Positions 11,105-23,635 of a stretch of 64,000 nucleotides of DNA are shown in pieces. Each line of letters opens with the position of its first letter. Position 1 is the first letter of the stretch. The notes beneath the pieces are model-generated. The model saw only the letters and a program-made list of their open reading frames with translations. It was not told the origin of the DNA and did no database searches. Origin of the DNA: Euglena gracilis (taxonomy: Eukaryota); the NCBI GenBank assembly GCA_039621445.1, contig CP154954.1:5925693-5989692 (forward strand). The letters are read 5' to 3'. The translations under genes and the position numbers were made by a program.

Positions 11105-13924
11105 ATGCTTGTTTCTGAGAGTCAACTTTGTTTTCACGAGGTTGAAAATATCCTCGGTGGTCAAAATGGGTTCAACTTCATGTGCAGAAAAGTCGGGGAA
11201 AATGATTTCAAATTACCCCTCGTCAATTTCCGACACTTTTGTGGGTCTTTTTCCAAGTATTCTCCCCAAGCTTTCCGAAACCATTTCTGAATTCCTATTC
11301 CCTGGCTCCTTTAGGCATAAAGTTGGCTGATTATTCAGCCTCCTTTCCTCCTCATCTGAAACCCATTTTAGGATGAATGAGGGAAGTTTTTGCAACAAAA
11401 GCCGTTTTGCTTCCCCCTCCCCGGCATCCTTAACCTTGCACTTGGCCATCTTGAAATTTGCCTGAAACTCAAGCCAATGCTCAAGGGTAAATTTGCCTTC
11501 GTTAAAAAGATTCACCTGTTGCCAATTTTTCCTTGCCCCAGATTCCGGAACTGCCATTTCCCTACGAAATTCCCTTCCTTCCAGTTGAATTGTTGCTTCT
11601 GATTTTCCCAGCATTTCAACCACCTTATCCCAAGGCACCTCCTGGCTTCCCATAAATTTCTCAACTGCTGCGACCCTGCCCCCCAGAGCTTTGCTCTCGT
11701 TTCTAGTTGCTTCCAATCGCTGCTGAATTTCCTGGGCTAAGGTCCCAAAACCTGACTTTGATTCCTCCCCCACCATTTTCAGCCCAGCAGCGATTTCAGC
11801 AAATTTTTTGTCCACCCCAGAGCATAGCTCACGATTTGCCTGTCGAATTGCCAAGATTTCCTTCTGAAAATCTGACTTAATTTGCTCAACAGAATGCAAA
11901 CAAATTCTAACTTGCTCGACCAACCCACCTGGTGCATACAGTTTGTTTTGGACATCGTTTCCACGGCTCTAAAGTTGTGCCAGTTCACTGCCCAGAAAAT
12001 CTCGTAACTTTTTCTCAAAATTATGAAATTTTCCTTCGATCTGCCTTTGAACTTCGATCCCCAAAAGTTGTTTGTGGCAGTTTGCAATGTTTTAAACTGC
12101 ACTCCCACCCTCTTGGCACCATAAAATAAATTGGCTGACTGATTGCTGAATTTGCCCCTGACTTTTTTGCTTTTCGTGCTCAAACTGGCTGCACATTTGA
12201 GCCGTTCGTTTCTCCAAATTTTCATGGATGAAGTTCAAAAGTTATGTCTGTGCTCGAGCATTTTTTTCCGCCAAATTCTTCTCAAAACTTTCTAGCCTAT
12301 TTTTAACTACGACCTGGGGGATGCTTTCCTAATTTGTTATACTTCGGCTCAATTCCTGCAAATAACAATCCACCCCATATGCCCATTGGTCACATGAGTC
12401 AAAATCGTCACCCCCCGTCATTTGGCAATCAGAATCGGGGGGCTGTGGTCCAAAAATAGGGGGCTGAAAAACAGGCAATTCTGGTTCCATTTCCTCATCC
12501 CCCCTGATTTCCATGTTAGACCCTGCTTGATTTAACAGCCCGGCTGGCCCCCCTATGCCCAGTTTGGAAGATTCAGCTGTTAAAATTGTCGATGTTAAAT
12601 TTTCAGGGTCTGGCTCTGCCACAATTACCATCCACTTGTTGGCTGTTAATCTACGGTCCACTGAAAATCTGTCCTCCAACAAAAGCACAGGTTCACCCCC
12701 TTCAATTCGTGGGAGATATGTCCCAAATTCTGGGCACTTATTTCCAAACTGGCTGTCTAGCTGGGGGGTTTGCATCAGAAAACTGTAATTCGCAGAAAAA
12801 TCTGGCGGATTTTGCTCCAAACCCTGATTTCTGGGTGGTACCCAGCCTGCAGCAATCAAAAAATCCTCCATTTCTCTCAACAGATCTGGGTTTTGCACAC
12901 CCTCCCCCTCCGTTTCACAGTCACTTTGATACGACGGGGGGGATTCTGCCCACTGAACCAGCTGATTTTCCTCTTCTGGCTGTGAATTTCCCCCCTGTGC
13001 AGTTATCGTCCTTATGGGGACTGAGTTTACAGGGCTAAACCCTGATTTTTTAGACGAGAAATCTGAAGTATCATCTGAGGCAACCTGTGATTGTGTGTTA
13101 AATCACTGGGAGCTGGGATTTGAATTGAATTGAGATTGCTTTGAGATTGAAGATTGGCTGAGAGACACTGCAGAAAAACCTGAATGATTCCAATGAGCCA
13201 ACCAGCCAATTGTTTGAAGCAACTCCTCAGATTTTACAGGTTCTGCAGTTCTGACATTTTGATTTCGGGGGCAGCTCTCTGAAAAATCTGGTGGCTGACC
13301 TGAAAAATTCTGTGATTCCACATTCACAGACTCAGCAAACGTTTTGGACTTTGAAAAATCTGTGACCATGTCAAACCTTTCACCAAGATCTCTGCTGGCT
13401 GTGCCAGCAAATTTGTCCGCATTTTCTGGCTGAAAAAAGTTTTGTCGACAGGAAAGTTTTGTCGCAAAAAATTCTCTGCTTGTCATGTTCAGGGAATTCG
13501 AAAACCTTTCACTGACGAAGTCAGTGAATCCACCTCTGCCAACCATGTTCAGGGGTTCTGGTTTGTCATCAACCGAATCCAAAAATTCTTCACTGACAGA
13601 GTCAGTGAAGCAACCTCTGCGTACCATGTTCACACCCGGCGCCCCCCCTGTGAGCGTCGGACTCGCGACCCCAGCCCCCCGGCCGGCTGCCTCGTCCCCG
13701 ACACCCACCCTTGGGGCTGCCGTTCCCTGGCCCGGGGCCAGTGTTTTTCCTGGTGGTGGAGGGCTCAGGCCACCCCCCGTTTCGCCCACTGGTGTACCCC
13801 CCGACCAGAGGGGTGTGCGTAGGATCGAATTTGCTTTTCCCCTGAAAATTTGCACAAAGTCAAAATTCCGTTCCTTTAAAAATGTAGTCCCAAATTTCAG
13901 TCCACACGAAGCCATTTCACCCAC
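11105..13924 (-). pseudogene. Degenerate gag-like ORF (coiled coil plus capsid-like segment), probably of element B
   Basis: ORF 11213-11923 has a coiled coil followed by FTLEHWLEFQANFKMAK...EAKRLLLQKLPSFILKWV, resembling retrotransposon capsid. Upstream frameshifted pieces at 11779-12225, 12329-12898 and 13103-13924. I could not find its 5' LTR or PBS. Confidence 0.55.
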
Positions 13925-14362
13925 CCTTTCTTAAGTATGCAAAAACACTGGAAATGGTCAGGGTGGGTGTGTTGGTACAATGGATGGTGGTAAAAGGCAA
14001 CAGAAACACGCACACACCGTGAAAGTGGGAAGAGGACCTGAAATTGACAATTCTTCCAAAAAATGAACCTTCTCTTGATTTTGATTCTCCAAATCAATTT
14101 TTGATTGATGCCAATCACAAAAAAACCCACAAAGGTCTGTGGAAGCAAATTGTGTTAAATTAGAACCTCAAATTAGGCTTTTCCTATTGAATGCGCGTTC
14201 TGCGCGGAATGAAAATTACGTGTTTTCAAAAGCTTCCGCGTTACCATTTTTGACTGTCGGACGCCCCCGACAGTCGACAGCACCCTCAAACCAGCCAGTG
14301 GCAAAAAAGGCTATGGGGCTGAAAGGCCTCCTCCAACAGTGACCCCCCCAATCACTGCACAC

Positions 14363-14750
14363 TGTGTACCAGGCAGCATGAACTTGTCCCTGTGCATAAA
14401 AGCAGTCTGCAGAATGTACAACCTAATGCTAGATAGTACTATTCCATGTTCTACAACACAAATTTCACAATTAGGAATAGCCTATCCTATCTCATATTTG
14501 TCTCCCTTTTCACGGGTGGTATTATTTTGTTTCACGCTTCATTAGCCCGAAAGGGCAAACCAAGATTTGAAGATTTGAACTCCGATAGGAGAAGACTACT
14601 GGAACTGAAGTTCAAAAATAACACCTGGTTTGCCTTGTGCTCTGCCTAAACCCAAAGGCACTAAAAACTGATAGTTAAGTGAAAGACTTTTACTTTTGTT
14701 ACTCTCCTGTTTCCGTTCCCACGGGAGGGTTTAAGTAGGACGACAGGCAG
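14363..14750 (+). repeat. Diverged, 3'-truncated LTR of the element C family
   Basis: Starts TGTGTACCAGGCAGCATGAAC and is colinear with 18272-18655. Confidence 0.85.
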
Positions 14751-14769
14751 GGAGGCACAAACCCGATTG

Positions 14770-14895
14770 AGGATAGGCTATTCCCAATTCTGCAATTTGT
14801 GTTGCAGAACATGGAAAAATACTATCTAGCATGACATTGTACATTCTGCAGACTGCTGCTATGCACAGTGCAATGTTCATGCTGCCTGGTACACA
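14770..14895 (-). repeat. Inverted 5' fragment of the element C family LTR
   Basis: Reverse complement matches the first ~125 nt of the LTR. Confidence 0.85.
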
Positions 14896-16135
14896 CCCAC
14901 ACCCACCACTTCTACCATGTCCAACCACTGCAAACCCACCATGCATCCAACCAATCTCTGTCTTTGCAAAGGGTCCTGCATTCTTCTCATACCCACCCTC
15001 ATTACCCACCCTACATCAGTCTTTCCCTTTGCATGCAAAGAGACCTTTTGGTGCTGACATCTTCCACCAACCCCCCAGATTGTTTTCAAAAGGTGTCTTC
15101 CATCTTCACCCCAGTTGTCTCACATCATCTATCAGACATCATTTCCCAGTTCTGTTTCTCTTTTCCAGTTTTTGGGCCACTGGCTGCACGAACATCAGTT
15201 GTCTGTCCCCCTTTGTCACCTGGAACCTATTCACATTCCATTTCTGTGCATTTATTGTCGCTTTGTTTGAAAGTTCCAATGAAAACCTGTGTCCACAAAG
15301 AAAACTCAGTTCACCTGCTGATACCTTGTCGTTCAAAAACATTTTTTCACCCCAACCTCCCTGTGACACCATTTTCCCCTAGTGTCCTGGAAAGACCATG
15401 GGCCTGCTAAGGCCCCCCTGGGACACCATTTCGACCCATTACATCATTTTGTCCCAGTGGCATGCAAAGGCCCTGGGCCCGAGAGTCAGAGTAAATCTTT
15501 CTTGCTGGAACCGAGCATTGAAAAATTCCGTTTCCCAAGACTTTAGAAGAGTGCCTAACTCCAGCACTTGATTTTTTAAACCTCTTGGCACAGGATGTAC
15601 TTGATCCAAACGTAGATGTCGATGCTTTTCTGAAAATTTTATTAGTAGGTCGGTGAATTCCCTGAGGCATGGCAGTGCTGTAAGAAAGCTTCTGAGGAGG
15701 CCAAGCAGCCTGACTGCCAATGGAGGCCAAATGGAAGTTCTTTGAAGATCTTCTTGGCAATCTGATTTTCTTTGAGATTCGTCATCATTATTCATGGAAG
15801 TCCAGTTATTGATCTTTTTTTAGTAATTGCAATGCGTCTGGGAATAATTCCAGTTGAACTCGAAGAGTTGAATTCGTCCTCAAGGAAGTTGAAGGTCTGA
15901 AAAAGTCCGGTCCACCAGTTGATAAAGTAATGGTCTTCGTGAATGTAGTACTCCTCGTAAAGTAATCCCACTTGAACTCGTAGAAGTTAAATTCTTTCTC
16001 CTTGAGGTCGAAGTGCAGAATTAGGAATCAGCCAACTCCGGAAACAAACAAAGCAGTAAGAGGCACCCCCCGGGCACGCACAAACACACCAGGACAGAAC
16101 AGCCGGCAAAGAAAGCAGGACCTCACTCACCAACT
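14896..16135 (-). mobile_element. Degenerate retroelement ORF1-like fragment (possibly DIRS-type), related to 32500-34135
   Basis: 15795-16135 is near-identical to 33797-34130. G/K-rich degenerate coding sequence lies downstream on the minus strand. Confidence 0.45.
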
Positions 16136-16995
16136 CGCAGTGCGGAGCCCGAATGGTCAACCTGCTTTTGAGCCAAAAAAGAGCGTTTGTCGGCCGCGCG
16201 ACGTATGAAACTGTTCAAGTGTCTGGCCGGGGGGGGGGGGGTCCCGCCACACCGGAACCCCCCGCCCGGAAAGAAAAAAAACCTCATCTTTGTCTACCGA
16301 CCTTTTTGGGGGCCAAATCGCGGGAGAAATCCCCCCCGGACCCGGAAAGATAAATAAACCTCATCTTTGTCCACCGACCTTTTTTGTTGCCAAATCGCGC
16401 GACGTATGTTCGAGTGTTCAACTGTTCGAGTGCCCGGGGGCTATAAGCCTCACCAACAACATCCCAATACCCCCCATACCCCAGGTATGGGCACCACTTT
16501 GTTCCATATGTATTTTATATTTTATAATCATATGTAACATTTTGAGCACTCTGAGCTTTCCACCAGGGAGGGGAAAGCTAAAAAACGTTTTGGGTTCCGC
16601 GTCTCCGTAAATTTTTTCTTTCCCGAAATCGTCGTTTTGGACAAAAAATGACACATGTTTGGTGGATGGGAGGTTCAAAAACGAGGTGTAAAACTCTATT
16701 TGACCGCATATTGAGATAATTGTTTTCCGTTTTCCACAACGAAAAAAAAAACTTGAGACACCAAAGAATAGTTTCCCTCTATGATCCGCCTGGGACCTGA
16801 CACCCGACAAACTTTACCAACCCGGTAGGGGAAGCATTGGAAGGGGGGGGGTCACTTACACTCTCACAAAACAGTCCCTCACAGCTCCCGAAATACAAGT
16901 GAGTCACGACAACTGGGGACTCTGGCCACGCTTCCGAACATACCATTACTTACCGACCCCCCGAGGAGGACCCCCTTTCTCAGCACTTCTAAAAG

Positions 16996-18271
16996 ATGGG
17001 ACCTGTCTTTCTCGCACCGGCTATTGTTTCTTGGTTTTTCGTGCCTCGGGTGTTTCCTTACTGCTTTTCGCTTTTGGCGGTTATAGCCTTGAAGGTTTCG
17101 AAGAAGATTTCTGGGAGAAGCAATGACGGAGTTGTTGCAAAAGTATTGGCAGAAGGAGCGAAATTGGAGGAGCATTGGTCATCCTTCATGTTCAACGTGG
17201 AAAAAGCTCTTCTACTCCGATCCTTGAGCAAGGGGAACTTCGTGGCTGTTCTGATGGCAGGGCAACGGTTTCAGGGAACGAATTGGAGCACTGGGAAGGC
17301 AAGCCGTGTGTTGTATCAGCTGTCCGGAGCCGCCCTTGTCAAGCCCACCTTCGACCCGTACAGGGATATTTGGCTCTTCAGTCTCGCCTTGATCTTCAAA
17401 GTGGACCATCGCCCATGGAGGTGCCCCAGGACCTGGCACACGCGGCGTTTGCCATAGCTGGTGCAGTGGAGGCGGTCCCACCAGCGGAACCAAGATCACC
17501 AGTCATGGAGGTGGACTCGGATGTCGAAGAGCTGAAGTTCGACTGGGACGAGGCTGAGGTGGAGCTTCCCCGTGAGCTGGCGGAGCTGTGGAACAGGGCC
17601 AGGAAAGGAGAACACAAGATAGAAGTCCGACGCCTCCTTGAGCAACACGCGAAGTTGTCGCTGATTTCCGCGCGAGCCCCAGAGAACAACCCCCTGTGGC
17701 AGCAGGGAAGGTTCAAGAATAAGAACGACGCCTTCCTCCGTGCTATCTCGTAGGCGCTGCTGAATGTCTTGCAAGTTTGGGGACACGCATGGGTTGAGAC
17801 CCCCCGGACCCCAGGACAAGTCTGCAAGTGTTGCAGTATCTGGCGGAGACATACAACAGGAGGCAGAACGAGGGGAAGGAGAACACAGTACCTGGTATCA
17901 GCAAGATGGCTGTAAGCAACCAGGAGGAGGTGTTGTTTACTGAAGATGATATTAAGACACAGTGGATGGAAGGAAATATTCAACGTCTACCTATGATGGG
18001 AGGAAAATTCTCTGCCCCTAGTGGGCAGTCCTTTCTTTCCTTCACAGGTCCTCACTTCTTTGGATATCGCCCATGGAGGGGCAAAGGCACCACCTGTGGT
18101 GCAGCAAGCTCGAGTTTACAAGTGTTTGGAAAGGGTCGATTTGACTCATTCAAGGGAGGAGCCAAGGGCGTGGTGCCCAGATGGGGATTTAAAGGTGAAG
18201 GTAGAAGAAAAGGTGTCCCCCTTCCCCTGTCCTCCCAAACACCAAAGACGGGCAGGCCACGACGGCATTTC
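16996..18271 (+). pseudogene. ORF1 (gag-like) of a DIRS-type retrotransposon, left half
   Basis: ORFs 17175-17753 and 17828-18271 with a GKG-rich C-terminus. Sequence rejoins 31284 seamlessly once the LTR element and one ATTTC copy are removed (QATTAFLRATAAMSGQEV). Confidence 0.6.
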
Positions 18272-18682
18272 TGTGTACCAGGCAGGATGACCATGGCACT
18301 GTGCATAGCAGCGGCCTGCAGAATGTACAATGTCATGTTAGATAGTACTATCCCGTGTTCTGCAACACAAATTGCAGAATTAGGAATGGCCTATCCTATC
18401 TCGGATCTGCCTTTCCCTTCACAGGTGGTATTATTTCATTCATGATTTCATTTGCCTGATCAAAGGCAACTTCGATTTGGACACTCCGATTGGAGAACAA
18501 TTGTGGAACCCAAGTTCCAAAATCACACCTGGTTTGCCTTGTGCTCTGCATAAGCCCAAAGACAATAAAAACTAATAGTTAAGTGAAAGACTTTCTTTTT
18601 TTGTTACTCTCCTGGTTCTGTTCCAACGGGAGGGTGTAAGCAGGCCGACAGGCAGTGGGAATAGAGTCAGGGGACGTACACG
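18272..18682 (+). repeat. 5' LTR of element C
   Basis: Direct repeat of 30868-31278, followed immediately by the PBS. Confidence 0.92.
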
Positions 18683-18705
18683 TGGTAGCAGAATAGGTTA
18701 CGAAC
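18683..18705 (+). promoter_or_regulatory. Primer-binding site complementary to initiator tRNA-Met
   Basis: TGGTAGCAGA...GGTTACGAACC resembles the complement of the eukaryotic tRNA-iMet 3' end (TGGTAGCAGAGGATGGTTTCGATCC). Confidence 0.8.
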
Positions 18706-18815
18706 CTACACATACTTCACAAGCAGAAAGACTACCAAGGCGTACACTTGGTAGCATATTCGGTTTCTTTCCTACGCCCCTTCTCCCCCCCCTTCTTACC
18801 AGGTGACTTCAAACA

Positions 18816-21137
18816 GTGAGTGGTGCTGAGCCTACTGGCTACAAAAAATCCACGAGCTGTTTGGAGCCAACTTGTAAGCACGGGTACAAGCTTCAGGAGG
18901 TTCTGGGCAGTATACGCTGCCACATCCTTCTAAGTTTGTTCCCTTGCTTACTTTTTGGGGTTTCTTGTGCTTGTTTCTGCAAAAAAAAAAATATGCACAG
19001 CTCAAGCACCAACACATCAAAAGCTTTGATTAGTTCTTTGAGAAAGTTCGATGAAGATTTGTCGCAGGAGTATATTCTCCAACCCAGGTGTGTGGCCCTA
19101 TATGGGGCAACTCCCAGCTCTATTGATCATTCCCCAACCCCAGTGGTTTCCAGCTCTATTGAGCATCACCCCACCCCAGTGGTTTCCAGCTCTATTGAGC
19201 ATCCCCCCACCCCAGTGGTTTCCAGCTCTATTGAGCACCCCCCCACCCCAGTTTTCAGCTCTATTGAGCATCCACTTACTGTAATTTTCAGCTCTACCGA
19301 GCATTCCCCCACCCTGCTTTCCAGATCTATCGAGCATTCCCCCCACGGCTCTATCGAGCAAACCCCCACCCAATGGGTGCCACACCTAACGGTGCCAAGC
19401 TCTATCGAGCAACCCTCCACAGTGGCCATCTCTATCGAGCAATTACCTCCAACCCCCAGCGCTATAGAGCATTCCCCCACCGTTCCCAGCTCTATCGAGC
19501 ATTCCAACACCCAATGGGTGCAACACCTAACGGTATCAAGCTCCATCGAGCATTTCCTCATCCAGGAGTTTCCACACCTAACGGTGTTTGATTTAGGCGA
19601 AAACCCCGCTGCGCAATGGGTGCAACGCCTATCGGCGTGTGGCTCTATCGAGCAACCCATCGCCCAGTGTGGTTATCAGCCTTTGCTGCAAAGTCAGGCA
19701 TCTTGTTGTACTTCTCCGCATCAGGATGTCGCAACGGTGCCTACAGGCACAATTAACAAACAACCCACTGATGTGGTTCACTGCATGCTGGCATGTCCTC
19801 CAACGGAGGACACACCCGCACAAAACTCTCAGAGACTGAGCGAAACTTTGTGTTGGATGCAATCCAGCAATGATGCGGCATTTTTGCACATGCAACATAG
19901 TTTGCAAAATTTGTTTGCAAAAGTGGAGCCAATAACGGCACTTTTTGAGCACAAAAATCCTGATATTGGAGCTTTTGTTACCCTGGAGCGGTTCGATACC
20001 TTAGCTGCTGCATTCCAGGAAGCGCAACAGCACATTATGCAACTGAGCCGTGCATCGGCAAATTTTCGCCATATGCTCACCGGACCTGGTGAAGGTTTCG
20101 CTTCCAGCACTTATGTGCAGCAATTGGAGGAAAGACTGTCCCGGTTGGAGCGAAAGTCATGTAGGTGTGGTGAAAATTCTGCTGATATAACAAGTTTTTA
20201 CGCCCATATCGCGAATATCGCAAGCAGGCAGGATGCTTACCACCAACGGTGGCAGAACAATATTGTTGACATCCAAACCGCAATTGCGGAGTTGCAGAAC
20301 TGCAGTGCGGTACCATGTTCACATAATTTAGAATTTCAGCGAATTTCTGCAGATGTGCGTGATGAAAATCACCAAGTCAGGAAAAAATTTTGTGACGGTC
20401 CGATACGGACCGAGGAAACAGTGAATCAGCAAGTCAAAAACTTGCAAAAAGATTTCTCAGCGCTATCCGCGCAAATTTTGGTGTTTTTGGAACAACCAAA
20501 GGCTGAAAACGTGCGGAATTCGCAAAATACCCCTCCTTGCAAACCATCTCCACAACTGCAGTCTATATCCGAAGCGGTGCACACTCTAGCTGTGCGACTA
20601 CGGGAATTGGAAAGTGGTTTTGGAAAAATTTCGCAAGATTTCCGGCCTTTTTCTGACAAAATTACTCTTCTGGACGATATGTCCAAACACCGCTGGCGTA
20701 TTAAGCGTTTGCAGGAAGATATTGGTGCAATAACCGATCATCTGAAAATTCTCGATGATTTGGAGAAAAATTTTCGTGACTTTACAGAAAATTTGGATCA
20801 AGTACACGCACAATTGCGGTTTTTACAACAAAAACCTGATATGGGTTTTGTAGGCACACTTGCCGCAGATTCCAGCTCCAAAAGCGCTAATAGCGCACCT
20901 GTGGCAGAGCCCATTGGCACAATGCCACAAAATTACGATTCTGCTCATGCAGTAGTCCCTCCCCCAACGGTACCAATCCCAATGGACCATTTTTTGGATG
21001 ATGCGGTTGGTTTTCAGGAGAAAGCCAAGCGAAACCCTCAAAGGAATCGAAAAATTTGGGAATATAAACTTTGTCGCGGTATGAGCTGCACTCCCGCACA
21101 TGGTATTGATCCTGAGATGCATCAGCATCACCATTAG
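18816..21137 (+). CDS. Element C ORF1, N-terminal part (SSIEH tandem repeats, long coiled coil)
   Basis: 773-codon open frame after the PBS with heptad-rich segments. True start codon uncertain. Confidence 0.6.
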   Translation: MSGAEPTGYKKSTSCLEPTCKHGYKLQEVLGSIRCHILLSLFPCLLFGVSCACFCKKKNMHSSSTNTSKALISSLRKFDEDLSQEYILQPRCVALYGATPSSIDHSPTPVVSSSIEHHPTPVVSSSIEHPPTPVVSSSIEHPPTPVFSSIEHPLTVIFSSTEHSPTLLSRSIEHSPHGSIEQTPTQWVPHLTVPSSIEQPSTVAISIEQLPPTPSAIEHSPTVPSSIEHSNTQWVQHLTVSSSIEHFLIQEFPHLTVFDLGENPAAQWVQRLSACGSIEQPIAQCGYQPLLQSQASCCTSPHQDVATVPTGTINKQPTDVVHCMLACPPTEDTPAQNSQRLSETLCWMQSSNDAAFLHMQHSLQNLFAKVEPITALFEHKNPDIGAFVTLERFDTLAAAFQEAQQHIMQLSRASANFRHMLTGPGEGFASSTYVQQLEERLSRLERKSCRCGENSADITSFYAHIANIASRQDAYHQRWQNNIVDIQTAIAELQNCSAVPCSHNLEFQRISADVRDENHQVRKKFCDGPIRTEETVNQQVKNLQKDFSALSAQILVFLEQPKAENVRNSQNTPPCKPSPQLQSISEAVHTLAVRLRELESGFGKISQDFRPFSDKITLLDDMSKHRWRIKRLQEDIGAITDHLKILDDLEKNFRDFTENLDQVHAQLRFLQQKPDMGFVGTLAADSSSKSANSAPVAEPIGTMPQNYDSAHAVVPPPTVPIPMDHFLDDAVGFQEKAKRNPQRNRKIWEYKLCRGMSCTPAHGIDPEMHQHHH
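19113..19655 (+). repeat. Degenerate 24-33-bp tandem repeat with core GCTCTATYGAGCA (SSIEH/Q peptide)
   Basis: More than a dozen copies are visible in DNA and translation. Confidence 0.85.
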
Positions 21138-21266
21138 CGAATTCGCGATTCACCAAGTTTGCAAGGTACCTATGGTACACCAAGTGGAATATTGAATGAG
21201 CATTCGCAAAATACAGCCTAAAGTACACTTGGTGCAACCACCGAGGTACCCTCGCATGGTGCGGTT

Positions 21267-22406
21267 TTGCGCCCAGGCCAATCCTCATTGAATACCACCG
21301 AAGGGCCTTGGGAGTCTCAGAAAGATCTCAAAGGAATCATCTCTATCGCGAAAAAGGTGAAGCCCCAATGGGATGGTGACCCCACAAAGTGGAAACAGTT
21401 TTGGTGTGATTGGGAATATTATTGGGATCTGAAAGGATCAACCCATAACGGAAATCCGGAGGTGATCAAAATGGAATTCATAGATTGTCTACCAAAAGAC
21501 GAAAAGGAACGCGCCAGACAATTGGTCATTCGCGGGCGCATTTCTTTTCAGGATTTGGTTGAGCAATATGCTTCATCATGTTCCAGTTTGGTTTCCAGAA
21601 TCACTCTGGAGAAAAAATGGCGGCAATATGCCACCCATGACCGAAAATGGAGGTCGATAGACCTATGGTACTCAAAATGGCTTTCTTTGGCAGCCGAAGT
21701 AGACGAGTTAGGCGAAACCCAAATGAAAAAGCAATTTGACGCAGTATTACTGCACTTTCTACCCAAACTCATCAAAGAAATTCACCGCGAGGAACTCACA
21801 GGACATATTTTGACGCTCGATGAGCGATGGAACTATGTTTCCAAACAGTTGAGGCTATCACAGCTTCTGGGACAAATCCAGTCGGCTTATACGAGCCACC
21901 CCACATCAGGAATACCCACTATACAAGTCAGTTCTGTGAAAAAAGCGTCACGCTTATCACATACCGGTATGGCGGAATCCAAATCGTACAATTCGTGCTC
22001 TTCAGAAGAATTTTCGGACAAATTGTGCTTTTTGTGCAACAAAAAGGGTCATATATCTTGCCATTGTCCAAATCCTGCAGCGCGAAAGCGCAACACAAGC
22101 CCAAAAGGATCAGCCTCATCATGTAGTTCTCGTTTTTCACAAAATGCGCCTTCACAAAATTCAAAATATCGATCACGATCCACATGCTCACTGTGCCGAT
22201 CCACCAAACACCCTTCACCCAAATGTCGCTATGCGACTCCTCCCCACCCAAGCCATGGCCATCGCGATATGACTCGCAGTTCAAAAGATCATACTTCAGC
22301 CAAAAGGCATAAGGTAGGTCAACGAACAACCTCTATTGAGGATTATCACCCGGCTTCGGGCAGGGAGGGGGCTGATACCCCACGTAATAAAAGGGATCAT
22401 CCCTAA
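21267..22406 (+). CDS. gag: Gag capsid/nucleocapsid with CCHC zinc knuckle
   Basis: PQWDGDPTKWKQFW capsid-like motif and CFLCNKKGHISCHC (CX2CX4HX4C). Confidence 0.85.
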   Translation: MRPGQSSLNTTEGPWESQKDLKGIISIAKKVKPQWDGDPTKWKQFWCDWEYYWDLKGSTHNGNPEVIKMEFIDCLPKDEKERARQLVIRGRISFQDLVEQYASSCSSLVSRITLEKKWRQYATHDRKWRSIDLWYSKWLSLAAEVDELGETQMKKQFDAVLLHFLPKLIKEIHREELTGHILTLDERWNYVSKQLRLSQLLGQIQSAYTSHPTSGIPTIQVSSVKKASRLSHTGMAESKSYNSCSSEEFSDKLCFLCNKKGHISCHCPNPAARKRNTSPKGSASSCSSRFSQNAPSQNSKYRSRSTCSLCRSTKHPSPKCRYATPPHPSHGHRDMTRSSKDHTSAKRHKVGQRTTSIEDYHPASGREGADTPRNKRDHP

Positions 22407-23239
22407 TTTCGTGATCATAAATTCAGAGACGTATATGCGTCAAGAAAGTCAATGGCTGATATGGCCACCGGTTCGTATTTTGAGTAAAGACACCCGAAAC
22501 CCAGGGATGCGGACTACAGAGGCTACTAGAAAGGAGGTGACAGGAGTCATGACCCTAGTCATCCCCTGCCCAGTATCCTTTCTGGTCATCGTTCCAGGAT
22601 TTTCCCGTGTCCCCACTCAAAATTCTGCCAAACATTCGACATATAGCCAGTTTTGTGTTTCCGGTTGTGGTGCATCATGGGATACCCCGTGAATGTCCAT
22701 GTGGTTGAGTGGATTCCCGCTCCAAGAATGCACACAACACAACAAAATTCTGCCCCCCTCCCTCAAACTCCCACTAGTCATCACTTTTACAAACCGTTTT
22801 CGATGACAGCAATACCGTTTTCTACAACACCAACACCGTTTTCAACCCAGGGGTAAAGAGAAAGTGCCCCCCCTACCCACCGCATATCCACAAACGTTCC
22901 ACATGCGGTAGGGGTAACAAGTAGCTTAACCCCCCAACGTTTCAATGGGTTCCAAGACGAAAGCCCCAAGGCCTGAAATTCGAATGGTGTCGAGTAGTCG
23001 CCCAGCTGCTTTCATTTTTCGTTTTCCACCAGGTTTGTCGATTGCAGACAATCCTGAACACCCCCCGCAGCTCAAATTCACATACAATTTTTCTTACACA
23101 CTCCACCCCCCCAGACCAACACGCGCGACAAGGACAACTACTCAGCACCTCCCCCCAAGGTGTGCACTCTAGGAGAAATTTCCACACAACCAACAACCAA
23201 ACATAAAAGGAAATAACTGAAACCAAACTAACCACCAAC

Positions 23240-23635
23240 ACCCGCGCCTATGGCGCCCCAGCCACTCAAGCGCCTATGGCACCCACCACCCCCCGCGCCT
23301 TTGGCAGCTTCCTGCGCATATTGCGCAAAGTGCGTATAGCACAGACGCTGCGCCTATGGCGCCACCCACCCTCGCGCATAGCGCAAATCTTGCGCATAAT
23401 GTCCCCCCCCCGCGCTATATGGCGCCCCCAACCACCGCGCCTATGTCGCTAACACCCCCGCGCATATTGCGCTCCCCACGCGCATAGCGCTCATCGCGTG
23501 CATATTGTTTTGCACGCCGCGCATAGCGCACACCTCCCCACCGCGCATATTGCGCAGCCCGCAAACAGCCCCCCCCACAAGATGCGCCCCCCCCACCCCC
23601 ACCCGTGCATAGCGCAAATCTCGCACAATTGCGTA
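23240..23635. repeat. GCGCCTATGGCGC / GCGCATAGCGC palindromic minisatellite
   Basis: Many short self-complementary units separated by C-rich spacers. Confidence 0.75.

Noticed and set aside
19113-19655. Repeat with variable spacers, CRISPR-like appearance
   Set aside because: The core is only about 13 nt, the spacers are related to each other, it lies in an open gag frame, and no cas genes are present.
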